DNA of 64,000 nucleotides from Phoronis australis (Eukaryota; Animalia; Phoronida): assembly GCA_002633005.1 (NCBI GenBank), contig NMRA01000023.1:484621-548620 (forward strand), written 5' to 3'. Positions 1 to 12,600 of this stretch are shown here, piece after piece. The first letter of the stretch is position 1, and each line of letters begins with the position of its first letter. The notes under the pieces were generated by a model. The model was not told the origin of the DNA, did not search any database, and was given only the letters and a program-made list of their open reading frames with translations. The position numbers and the translations under genes are program-made.

Positions 1-1155
1 TTCAAATTGGAAGCTCGCGCCGTATGACGTCGTATGACGTAGACGATGCGAGCCTCATTTGCATATATTAGTGACATCTGTTGGTTCAAAAAAGAGGATC
101 ATGCCCGAGTACATGCCTGGGAAGAGGCATCTTTTGGAAGGGTAAAACAAGTCATGTTCAAAGCATCCCAGTGCCATTACTATGAAGTCTTTGGGGACAA
201 AAGTGGTGTCATTTTATAGCTAAAGAGTTAAGCTTTCAAACACAATGCTTGGATTCCAGACTACTTTAACATTTACTTTTGAAATCACCTTTGAAAATAC
301 GTTAAAATACACTAAAACAGTTGTCCCTTCCTGGTTATCTCTTCCTGGTATTATACATATACGAATGTATGTATGTCTGATAGGCGTGACTTGTATGCGT
401 GCATGAATGCATATGAGTATGTTTACGCACATACTCATGTATATAATTCCTGCCATTACATTATTTTTCAACTTTACTTGCTCTTCAAGGCATAAATGTC
501 ATAGCTATTAATTCTTATCTCCGTTGTAGTTCTTTATTAATTTCTTAATACAAAGCACAAAGTCATAAAGGTTGTGTAAGTAATGTTAAAAAATAAGCTA
601 GATATTAGACTGACATATTTGTCAGTCAATTTGAATCCGGCAACCGGAACGAGCATGAACTTAAGGATTTCGTGCCCCGATAGGTTATGAACAGAAAATA
701 CGTATATACAGTATGTATAGGTAGAGTACCCTAATCGGGAACACTTTTAGAACTTTTGTGAATAAGATAATAAAATAAATGGAAACTTGTTGTTGATTTT
801 AGCTCTAGAACGGAGCATATCTTCATTTACACAATATCATAGAAATCTTAAATATGGATGTTATTGAAAGAATATTGAAAGAAACAAAAATGCGTTGTTG
901 TTTACATCTCCTACTAGAAAAGCATGCTTGATGTTATTTGCACATTGCATTAGCGCTAAGAGGAGGCGTAGACTGCTGACTGCTGAAACTGTCAAACACG
1001 TGCTCCCAGTTATATACATGGCAGAATAAAAAGTCAGTATAGTGACTAACCATGCAGAAAATATGAAACAACTAAGAACTTTGGCCTCCTCAATTTGGTT
1101 GAACTTTATTCATGCATACCTAGATTTATTGAGTGGAGGTCTATTGTTTTTTTAG

Positions 1156-1783
1156 CACCGAACTTCAGTGGAATTCTACTCGTTCGGCCAGTGAACAGGA
1201 AAAACGCATTCGATGTTCAGTGTGAAGAGGGTTGGACGATTATCCAAAGAAGATTTGACGGAAGTGTTAGCTTTGGCAGGGCGTGGCAAGATTATAAGCA
1301 AGGATTTGGAACACTGGGCGGTGAGATGTGGCTCGGCAATGACAACATTCACTATCTTACCAGGCAAGCGTCATACAAACTGCGGTACACCATGACCGAC
1401 TGGAGTGGGCGAAATGTGACACGTGACCACAGATACTTCGAAATTGCCAACGAGAGGAAAAAGTACAAAATTTCCATATCATCAACCGGTATAGAAAACG
1501 ATAAATATTCTATGCAACGTCAGAACAATGGCTATTTTTCGACTATAGACCAAGATAACGATAAAGTAACCCTAAACTGCGCCACGAAATCACATTCAGG
1601 TTGGTGGTTTGGTAGGAAAGGCAGTTATTGTTCTAAAGTTAACTTAAACAGTTATTATCCAACAGGAGGGCGGTGCTCGTTAAAATTCGACTACAGGTGT
1701 GCAAAATATGTCGAATCCGACGGAACAAAAAAGTGCTTCTCAAAGACACGGTAATGAAGATCCGTCAGGTCACTAACTTCTGA
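1156..1783 (+). CDS. Fibrinogen C-terminal domain (FReD; ficolin/angiopoietin/tenascin-like) exon; frameshifted ~10 codons before the end, possible pseudogene
   Basis: Acceptor ttttttag at 1154-55. Translation has the FReD motifs GWTIIQRRFDGSVSF.R.W.DYKQGFG...GEMWLGNDNIH, FSTIDQDND...NCA...SGWWF and C..VNLN. The canonical terminal VMKIR appears only in another frame (1751-1783). Upstream exons were not identified. Confidence 0.85.
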
Positions 1784-3875
1784 GCGAATATCTTGAGAAC
1801 GGTAAGTTGGAGAGGAAACTGGTTGATAAAACAAATAGCGCTTGACAAGACCTATGAGCATACCGTACTGATTTCAGGCAGATTCGTAAAGGGACGCTGG
1901 AGGTAAACGCATAGTCTCAATTAATAAGAGACCAGTCATCGGAAAGCTCGAGAACGGTAAGCCTCAGCAAATAACTGGGTAGAGTTCAATAACGCTAGGA
2001 CCTCGTTAGGACCTTGCTAGAAAAGCAAAATTTAGCGAGATTACGCGCGATATTGCCGTGTATTTTAAATGCATGAGAACACGTGATTTTGGCTATATTT
2101 TCTAGCCGCGAGACAGCTACTGAACTCTACGCAGATGACATACCTTCAACAGCACTTGAAGATATCTGTGGACGTACAGCATTTCAGGGAAGTCCCTCCA
2201 GAGACAGCGGAGCTATGGATCAACAAAAATGGCCGCTACAGAATAAACGTGCTCTTGATTTCAACCAAAAAACGCCAGCCCTGAAGATATTACCAGGACA
2301 TGTGTTGGTTATTAATTTCGTGAAGATGGGATAAGAAATTCGACATGTAGCTTGGGAGCAAAGAAATAAAGAAACAAACAAACTAACAAAGAAGCTAAAG
2401 CGCTCTGAGCAAGTCGAATGAAGACCTTAGGAGAGAAATAGACCACGCAGCTTATGACGTCAGTAGCGCGGTCATGATTCAATCGAGTTATACTTGAACG
2501 GAAAATTATCTGCCCAAAATACCGTGTCGAGTTCACTGAGAAATTTCGCCCAGGGAGATATAACCAATATCCCGGGCATGCAAGAGTGAAGAGTAAGTCT
2601 CCGCATGTAGGCCAGTAAATATTTAGACTTCACGGGACATTTCATACTGTCTGCCATGGTGTGCATGTTGCAATTGGTTTGGATAGGTCGGACACTACAC
2701 TTGTTAATCTGAACTGTCACTGGTCAGAAAGCAGATCATATGAGGTTGTCACATAAAAATTGAATTGTCACAAATGCAGATGACCACAACGTTAAAGATT
2801 TAGTTCAGATAAGTGGCGAATATCTAAACAAATTGAAATTTGTCTACAAAACAGGCAGCCCAACAAAAATATCTCAACCAGCATGCTGGACTCCGATGAG
2901 GAAGAGGCTGTCGTCGAAAAGGCATCGTCTCAACAACATGAGTAACAGTGCCTACGCGGAAATGATCGAGTATTATGGTCATGGAATCATGTTTGGTGAT
3001 AGTAATTTGTGTAATTGGGCTCAGCAAGATTGACTTAGAAGCTAAAAGTATCTGAATTTAGGGCTATGCGCATTGAAATTGACAACATTCGTTCAAAAAA
3101 AATTGCAAGTTCTTTAGTTAAGATTTTATATTGCGCTGTGAGAGGCATTTGTCAACAAAAGTGAAACCGTGTATATCAGTATGTGTATTTTGGCAGATGC
3201 TTTGTGTTCTAACTTGGTTTCACGACAGTTGTTCAAGTAACACGTTTAGTTACAAGTGGTCAAGCGATGACTTCATAACAGTGTAGCCAAATAGACCTCG
3301 CTGTTTACCAGGTTCAATAACACATTAGAGCGATTCACATCAAACTTTAATGAGCGTTGATTGGTTTATTGCTGATTAAAACTTGAGTGTTACCTAGAGC
3401 ATTTGTTGGTTACGTGAATAACTTTAGTTTGATATCTCGTTGATGTAAAATTTACATCGGTCAGTTGAATATTTCAATAAATACAAAGCTGACGTCCCAT
3501 TTATATTGTTGGTAATGTGAATAACTCTTATATTGGTGTCAGGCTCATGTGAATTTTTCATGATCAGTTGGCAATCAAATGCAAAGCTGACCTACCATTT
3601 TAATTAAATAAGTATGGTTTCATTAATAGAGAAACCTACACGAGTCTCAGGTTGATGACATGGGCAAAACCTCTTGGAAATTTTGTCAAAATCCCCAAGC
3701 TTGCGCAATGTAAAGAAATTCAGTTACTTTTTGTTAACACTTTTATTTTTAAGCTTAACAATAGTAAATTGCATTCAGCGTTCGTAGCAAATACTCAACT
3801 TACAATATAATAAGTAGTGTTTGAAGTTGCAATATTAAAACTTCAAAATGGTCAAATGCTCAAACAAAATCCTCT

Positions 3876-4686
3876 TTGACACCTACAAAAGACCAAGCAC
3901 GGGACCAGGACTCCCGGCGGCAAAGCAATATGTATACTATTCCAGCCTCCATCAGCCAAGCCTTCAGAAGATCAACGATATTAACTTGTATTGACAACTG
4001 GAATTCCTTACCATTCAAAATAAAAGAAAGCACTTCAATCGTCACTCTCAAAAATAACTTTAAAATGCATACCACTACTCGAGACTTGCAAGTCCCATTG
4101 ACATCATTCCAACTTCCCCGCAACCATGAAATAACCCTATACAGATCAAGATGTGGTCTATTCCTAAACAACGAGAAATTTAGACATAATTTTAATAATA
4201 TTTCGCCTCTGTGTTCCTGTGGAGATACCCAGACATATCCTCATGTTTTCTTTGCTTGTGAGGTATGCAAGGAGGAGAGGGTACAGCTCTTCCAGGCACT
4301 CGAACAATACCCAAATATTTATAAAAAATATTCTGAAATTCCGCAATTGTACAACAAAATTAATTTCTTTCTATATGGATGTCAAGAACTTAACTCAAGC
4401 GAAAATAAGGTTTTATTTGAAATAGTATCAGAATTTCTTTATAACATTAAATCTCTTTGTGTGAGTGGATAGAATTTTATACATCTGTATGAAAATGAAT
4501 TATTTTCATTCGTTGTCATATATCATTGTATTCTTAACATCAGTTTTTTTATTTATGTATTCGTATATAATCATTGTTTATAGACTTCTTTGTATTTTTT
4601 TTACCCAGATCTAATGCCTCTTGGCGCTTTCTGGGTTATGTATATTCATTGTATTCTGAAGATTTCGTAATAAACATTAAAAAAAA
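3876..4686 (+). mobile_element. 5'-truncated non-LTR retrotransposon (LINE) 3' end
   Basis: ORF 3876-4472 shows the ORF2 C-terminal pattern F..S......WNSLP..IK......FK and a CCHC-type SPLCSCGDTQTYPHVFFAC motif. It is followed by an AT-rich tail with AATAAA at 4669-74 and an A-run at 4679-86. Confidence 0.75.
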
Positions 4687-4894
4687 CAAGCGAGAGAAAA
4701 TGACAGGTAAATTTTACCGAATTAAAGATGTCGTTTTTAATGAAATTTTGCGTCTTATTTTTCATAGCGAATAAATGTCGGTACAATGCCATTTGTTGAA
4801 CATGCGATTATTGTGCGCAATGAGATAAATATATAGCTCATTGATTGTGCGTGCTCATATATGTATTCTGTTTTCACGTTCGATGACGTCACCC

Positions 4895-4991
4895 GCTGAG
4901 TGATGCAGTCATAGACATATAATGCCATGGGTGCAGTGGTAAAGTCGACGACTAGAAACTCTTGTGGAGCGGGTTCGAAACCGGCCTCAGC
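4895..4991 (+). pseudogene. tRNA-derived sequence (tRNA pseudogene or SINE head) interrupted by a 20-bp insertion
   Basis: Acceptor-stem pair GCTGAG(4895)/CTCAGC(4986), A-box-like GCAGTGGTAAAG, B box GGTTCGAAACC, and anticodon-loop-like GACTAGAAA resembling tRNA-Ser(AGA). Stems are imperfect. Confidence 0.55.
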
Positions 4992-5286
4992 TTCCCGCCA
5001 TTTTATTCAACGCCGATAAATAACTAAATACACAACGTACCGATACCGAGACCGAAGGTCGAGGTAGATACGCGGTATAATGTCGAGTGGGATATTACTT
5101 CATCTGTGCCAAACGAAGTACGTTAAGTATTTATCCCATACGCTACGAATTCCCAAGCTTCTTTCATTTTTGGCAGATTTCTTAAATACATTAGTCAGAC
5201 TGTTCACGAGGCGGTTCACATCCTGTATGAATGTACTTGCACGTTAGGTTGCAAGTTTCTCTAGTAAAAGAAACATTTTTAAACGA

Positions 5287-5292
5287 TTTATT
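5287..5292 (-). promoter_or_regulatory. Candidate polyadenylation signal of SNAPC2
   Basis: AATAAA on the minus strand ~830 bp past the SNAPC2 stop codon. Confidence 0.35.
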
Positions 5293-6114
5293 ACTTGAAA
5301 AGAGATAACAAAGATGAAAACAACAATTTAAAATTTCAACAGAAAATCAGTGTTACTATGTTGTTTCACCAAATTACACAGGATCTGACACTAATGTGAT
5401 TTTGACCATCCCAAAACATCCTAAAATTTTAGAATGTTGATTTGACTTTGTTTTAAAGGAAAATGTTCAATTTAATAAACTGCTGCCACAAGACATTATT
5501 CCACATATCCAATGTGATCAAAGGTCAAGGACGATTTGCGGAATGGGGTACCTTTTGGGCATTTCTTGTTGTTTCTTTTTTTGACTTGATCTGACACACA
5601 TAGCAGGGCAATAATTAGGAACCATGAAACACACATTCACCTCCTTTGAGGCTGTGGCAAAAAGTGCACAAATCAAAATATGGATCATGCCTACATCTTA
5701 GGTACAGTAAAGTTCCTAAAATTCGAACAAAAATTACCAAAAATTGCCATTTCTCAAATTCTAAAGTTAGCTGTGTTATCAAAATGATTGAATTTCATTG
5801 TGTTTGTTGATGACATTGATACAGTATAAACTCCTGAAACAATGAAGTAAAGTTTTCTTCCCATTTACAATTGTTGAAAATTTTGACAAAATAATTTTTC
5901 ATTATTCTGCCATGTTGTGTTCTGAATTGAAGAGGCTTCGCTGTAATGTAAATTCAGGATGTCTGAAACTAAAGAAATGCTTTGATTGCTAAATATTTTT
6001 AATTAAAAAATAACAATACAACATTTTCTTGTTCACTTTCAGTGCACTTGACCACCTTAAGTTAAGTGCACAGATAACAATTTCTATGAAGAATTTCAGC
6101 TTCAGAGAAACATC

Positions 6115-6647
6115 TCATCTCTTACAGTTAAGCAAATTTACAGGAACCGCCAGTGGATTAACAGTAAACGACACACTGCTCACTCCTGTCATTTTGGGAG
6201 CACGTGACTGCACCTTGGGTTTCAGAGGTTTTCTACCACGTTTCGCTTTCACTCGTCGTTCATGGCGTTTTTGGACGGTTCCCTCAGTTGGTTGGCCATC
6301 TTTCATACTTGAATCATCTGTGACATTTCCAGCAGCAACTGAAGCGGACGACACTTCATTTTCATTTTGTTGACCACCCACTCTGCACTCATCTTCATCA
6401 TTGTCAGCATTATCATTCTGATTTTGGTGGTCAACTAAAATGTGACCTATCAATGCAGCCCCCTCTACAGAGTTTTTTCGCACTGAGGCTTGCCTCATGA
6501 CATCAGTGAGATAGCTTCCATAGTCCGTTTCACCAAGTGATATTATCTCTGAGTATTTTTGTCGAAGGAAGTCAGTTGGTGCTGTCAAGTCGAGCTCCTT
6601 GAACGTTTCTGTCAAGCTGCGCATAACATCCAGAACCACAAGGGAGT
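6115..6647 (-). CDS. SNAPC2: SNAPC2 last coding exon
   Basis: Acceptor catatag; DSLVVLDVMRSL...VNPLAVPVNLLNCKR*. Confidence 0.88.
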
Positions 6648-9600
6648 CTATATGAACAGAGCAGCTTTAATGTCAGAATAAGGTATTGGCTTTGCAAATA
6701 GTTTTTGTTAATTGCTTCAGAAATGTACAGTGCACAGCAAAAGTAATCATACAAAATACCCTTTCTCCACCATGATGATGAATTACGTATTCAATTAGTA
6801 GTCAAGACAGAAAATTCCTAATGCGCTCAGCCGGAACGACAGGGAATTCTGAGTCACTTTGTCTGATAACTTTTAGCATGCAGTGTACAAGGTACACCAG
6901 TTTGTACCTGCAAGTGAAACTTACCCACATACACCCATGTGCAAAACACTACATGTAGACCAAAGTTACATTTTTGAAAAACAAAAATACTACTTTGGAT
7001 AGACATGTGTGCATTCATGGCAGAAGACGCCTCCTCTACACATTCTTAGTGAGTAAGAAAACAGTTTCAGTGTCCTTGTATGAATTACCAAGTGCTAGGG
7101 TACTGATGATTCGATTTTTGGATGGTAAATGTTGGACACAGTCAGGCAAATGTTTCTAGAATATTTCTGTTGTCAGGGGCATACATCACTAAATATAGTT
7201 GTAAACAAAAGCAACCCAAAGCATTGAAATATGACTATGACTGAACAGCAAACAGGAATGTTCATCAATACCATGTAATGCAATTGGACTAAGTTATCCA
7301 CCAGGCAAGAATGAAGTTAAAAAATAATGATGAAAAAGAGATGGGAAAAGGTAGAACTGGAAATCAAATAAGAGGAAATTGAAACCAAAAGAGAAAATCT
7401 TCTTAAAAGAGAAAAATTGCAAGGCCTGATCCACTCTGATGTCACAGTTTAAAATCACGTGTTGCTATGGGGTCAAGCTATTTTGACAATCATCAACCGA
7501 CAAGTGTTACCGTAAAATCTGTGCAAAAATTGAGTGGTGACGGCACAACCCTGCCATGCAACTGTTTGTCCAGTCAAAATCAGTCAAGTAGTTTTGACAA
7601 TAAGTCATTAGCAGGCAATACTTTGTTGAAAACAAAAATGGCCAATAGGGGGTGCCACAGCGGTTGATACCACCCGCAAACCAAGTGTGCCAGTGCATCT
7701 CAGCCACAAACCCATGAGTAAAGTTTCATCAAAATCAGTCAAGCAAATACTAAACAAAGAAGGAAAACCTAGTCATTCCCACCACATAGCACTGCATCAA
7801 GTTTTGCCCAAATTGACACACAAGGATTTTTTTCGAAAACCAAAATAGACAACAGGGGGCTACAGCAAAGAATACCATCTAAAAATCAAATTCCATCATG
7901 ATCCTTTGAGTGGTTTCAAACTGACCAGCAAGCAAAGTTGAAGATGGAGAACAGACACGAAGCTGACTACATGTATATGTGACCACATGTAATTTTGTAT
8001 GGGTACATACCAAAGTTTACCTACCCAAAAAATATTTTTTGTTGACTGTAACAGATCTATCAGAGGGCACTGAGTGGAGTGACAAGTTTGGCTAGGTCCC
8101 TTCATCTTAATCACAAATCCCATTTGTTTATGGCTGCAGAAACAATTTTATATGACAGCAAGGATTTTTTTGACCAGTTTGTTTGAATTAACGGCCCATT
8201 ACAAGATACTTTTTGATTAAGCCTTAAGTAGGAAGGAAATAGTTATCAAAGCCTTCATTGAACAGATGTTTATTAAAAATGTAATGTACTAGACAAATTA
8301 GCAAAATAAGAAAACACAATTTAATCACTCAAACACAGGCTCGTAAAATGATGCAAGCCATATTGCACTTCCATGAGAACACAGAACAAAGAACAAGAGT
8401 CCAAAAGAAGAAGTTAGAACAACAAACTTCATAAGGGGATTCTTGCGGTGACATAGACAAATACAATTTCCTAACCACTCATTACATTTGGCAATACATG
8501 GCATTGGAGAGCTAAGAGAGTAGAACTCAAAACAATAGCAATCATGAGTTACCATTCAAGGCAAGCTTTAAACTTGAATAGGAGTACCAGGGCCCGAGAC
8601 CAGCACAAGTGACCCTGACTGCTTACCTAGAGGGGACAGCAATGACCGCTGAGGTGCTTCGTGGAAGAGAGAGGCCAGAAAAAGATAGATGTTTTCGTAG
8701 TTGGGGGTCATCTCTGTGGAGCTAGTCTCGTGCGGCTCAAGGTAAGCAATCATAGTGAACACCTGTAACAAAATGGTTGTGAATTAACGACTTCACCCAA
8801 TAGGTGGCATAAAACCAGAATCAGCAGTAGTGCTGAACATGTGTATTAATACATACAGACAAGAGCAATGAAGAGCGTTGAAATGCGCCCACAATTGCAC
8901 CGCATACGGTATCCTTCTAGGGTTGTTTATTGGTACCACGAAGTGGCCAGTAGAGGGCATATATGTAGTATGTTGTACTTTGCAAAATGGAAAGGCATGG
9001 TCATTGTCTCCTCAATAGGCTAGGGGCAAAATGTGAGTGATCTTCATAATACAAGCACATCCTATACATCAGTTGCTTAAAGCACCACAGAAACATGTCA
9101 TCAAACAAGTCGTCATCGTCTGTTGTCAACATCACATAAATACACTTGCTAAATTTAGTAAAGATCCTGCAAACGGTTTGGGAGATACAGCCATGGGCGC
9201 AAAAAAAACTGCCACTAGGAGGCGCCACAGTAATCAAAGTCATGGGAAATTCAGCGTCAACCATCCTCTTCATAGTAAGAACATACACCTCAATTTTCAC
9301 AATCAAACTTATAGCGGTTTGGTTGATAGAGGGGTGGACGCCAAAAAACAGACTCAAAAACAGTAAAAATGGCCATTGGGTGTCGCAAACTAGGTCGAAT
9401 CTATCCGAAAACGGGAGATAGTGTCATCGCACTAATAGGTGCCTACATACCAAATTTCATGAAAATCCGTTAAGGACTTGTGAAGATACAGAGGTAAACG
9501 TAAAACAATAAAATTGCCACTAGGGGGCACACTGGTAGGCGGATCCGTCCAAAAGTCGTCATCGTCTGTTGTTAACACAATATAAATACACTTATTAAAT

Positions 9601-12600
9601 TTCGTAAAGATCCTGTGAACGGTTTAGGAGATACAGCTATAGGCGCAAAAAAACAAAACTGCCACTAGGAGGCGCCACAGTAGACCAAATCGTCTGAAAA
9701 TCATCGTCAACCATCCTCTACATAGTAAGTATATACATGCCAATATTCACAATCATCCTTTGAGCAGTTTGGTTGATAGAGGGGTGGACGCACAAAAACA
9801 GACTCAAAAACACTAAAAATGGCCACTAGGTGGCGCAAACTATGTCGAATCCATCTGAAAACGGGAGGATAACGTCATCTCACTAATAGGTGCCTACATA
9901 CCAATTTCATGAAAATCCGTTCAGGACTTTTGAAGATACAAAGGTAAGCGTAAAAAAATTAAAATTGCCACTAGTGGGCACACCGGTAGTCGGATCCGTC
10001 CAAAAGTCGTCATCTTCCGTTGTTAACATCATATAAATATACTTGCACAATTTCGTAACGATCCTGTGAACGTTTTAGGAGATACAGCCATAGGCGCAAA
10101 AAAAAAAATTGCCACTAGGAGGCGCCACAGTGGTCGAAATCGTCGGAAAATCATCGTCAACCGTCCTCTACATAGTAAGCATATACATGCCAATATTCAC
10201 AATCATCCTTTGAGCAGTTTGGTTGATAGAGTGGTGGACGCACAAAAACAGACTCGAAAACACTAAAAATGGCCACTAGGTGGCGCAAACTATTTCGAAT
10301 CCATCTGAAAGCAGCAGGATAGCGTCATCTTACTAATAGGTGTCTACATACTAAATTTCATGAAAATCCGTTCAGGACTTTTGAAGATACAAAGGTAAGC
10401 GTAAAAAACTAAAATTGCCACTAGGGGGCACACCGGTAGTCGAATCCGTCCGAAAATTCGCGTATGCTGTTCCATTCATGAATGGAAAATATGCGCCAAA
10501 TTTCATGAACGTATGTCAAAGGGTTTTAAAGATAAAGCAGCGGACGCCGGACGGACGCCGCCCGGACGGACGGACGGACGGAGATGACGGCATAATGCGT
10601 CCACATATAAATATGTGGGCGCATAAAAAATTACTGACTAATATTAAGTAAAATCAGCATAATTTCGGTAAGCGTATCTACACTTAACTGACGATTTACT
10701 TTAGATTTTTACCAGTTTCAAGATATACCAATCAAGAGGATTGTTGGAAGTATGACTATTACTGAATAATTTCCTCATATTTCCTGTCTCTGAATGACTA
10801 ACTAACAATACTAAAACTAGAAATTGATAAGTCAACGCCAGCTCAATCATCTGGTAGAAAGCAAAATTCATATTCCTCCTATCAACTCATGTTGATGTCG
10901 GAAAGAACATGCCACTAGAATAACACAAAATGATTCCTAAGTCCAGTATCATGAGGAATACTGTCGAAGGTCCAAGGAGTACCTCCATGGCATGGCTCAA
11001 AGAGCAGTGCCTGATCACACTTTGGATTTTGGTGGGAGGGGTGAAAGCAAGCTGTCTAAGGGACATGCCAAGCAATGGTCCTTAAGAAATTGTAGTTGCC
11101 TCCCCCTCGCCACATCCTAGATCCGGTATTGCCTTATGAACCTAACTTCATCCGTGCTGGAACAATGAAAATCAATGGGTAAATATTATCCGCTCATCCT
11201 GTGACTGACGTCCACTAGTTGACATACCTGTTCCAGCCCACTGGATAGGTCAAGGCCAGGTGTCACTCTGTGCAGATCATGAAGTAATTCTAGCCAAATC
11301 TGCAACATAAAACCAAGAATTACTTAAAAGAGGAATGCTATCTTTTGATCATGGTGTTTTGGTCAGTTTGGAATATTCCACTTATTCAGAAAGGTATATG
11401 AGAAACTTTTGTGGTGTTTCATAAAAAGGAAATGGCATTAAACACCACATTGGCTTTTGTGGATCCTAGCTTCATCAGAGACATCTCATATACTTAGAAA
11501 GACACACATTCTTGTATATAGGCACACAATGCAACAGCTGCCTGTTAGTCATTGCAAATACCAAGAGAACATAAATACATGAAAACATAATATTCATTTA
11601 AAGCTGTAGCCTTTTTGAGATTTCACTTTAAATAGCTATATCGAAAGAACTTTGGTCAAGAGTGTTGCTACGGGGAATATGAAATTATTCAAAACATTTG
11701 TGTTAAATTTTAATAATTAAAGAAACACGACCCAATCATTGGCAATAATGCAAACACCAATTAAGATTGCTCACAAATAAACCGTATCCCAAGCAGGGCT
11801 TCATCCAGGATTTCGAACATAGGGTGTCCAAAATGGGTTCCCAATATTCCAGGGCGTCCATGATTCCAACGACGCATTACCCCCCCTCCCCACCACCATT
11901 CACCAGTAAACCCCCCCCCCAAACACACAGTGATTTTTTTTTAAATTAAAAAATGCGTTGAACAAGGCTTTTACACCTAAGTTTACAAAAACAGCTCCCT
12001 TGTATTGGGCTTTTTTAAGTACTAAAAAACTGTTGATAAAGACTTTTATGTTTAAATTTACGAAAACAGCCAAAAAGCTTACCAAACAGGTATTACAGAT
12101 ATTACAGATATTGGTTGAACGATGAGTGCACTGTTTTTGGTCATCTCAAGTCAAATTCTGTTATAAAGTTTATTATATCAACTTCACTAGCTTTATATTC
12201 TGTACAATGAGTCATCAAAGCTGCAGTTACCAACAAAAGAAAAATGCACAGATGATGTGTGGTTCATATTTTGGCAACAGGTGTCACTGCTGCTCCATTT
12301 TAGACGCACATACAAAAGCATGAAACCGGCGAAAACTCAAACATTTTAAATGGGGATATTCTTGCGGCACATCATATTATTAAAATAATGACATTTATTT
12401 CGCTTTTGGTGTTTTCAAAAAAAGATGAAGTAGATGAAACTACAGCTCTGAAACACCAGTTTGGAGTTGAGCAAGGTCCGTGTCCCTATATAAAGTACAG
12501 AATTGCTGTGGCACATGAGTCTACTGAAAGCAGACACTCTGGCAACCAAACACGTGCTAATGATTGACAGGCCTACCAAATACTTTGAAAATAGTTTGAA

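Noticed and set aside
1-220. Possible transposon end with an octamer (atttgcat) and a small hairpin
   Set aside because: Truncated by the window edge; no partner terminus or TSD is visible, so it cannot be classified.
1790-2720. ~155-bp periodic motif (gagaacggtaag) and short ORFs downstream of the FReD exon
   Set aside because: Looks like an old repeat fragment; no TIR/TSD pair or coding signal could be established.
4895-4991. Functional tRNA gene
   Set aside because: The D-arm is interrupted by an insertion, the anticodon and T stems are mismatched, and there is no long variable arm as expected for Ser.
9001-10651. Several ORFs of 66-118 aa in the 450-bp repeat
   Set aside because: Chance frames in a tandem repeat, not maintained between units, with no recognisable domain.
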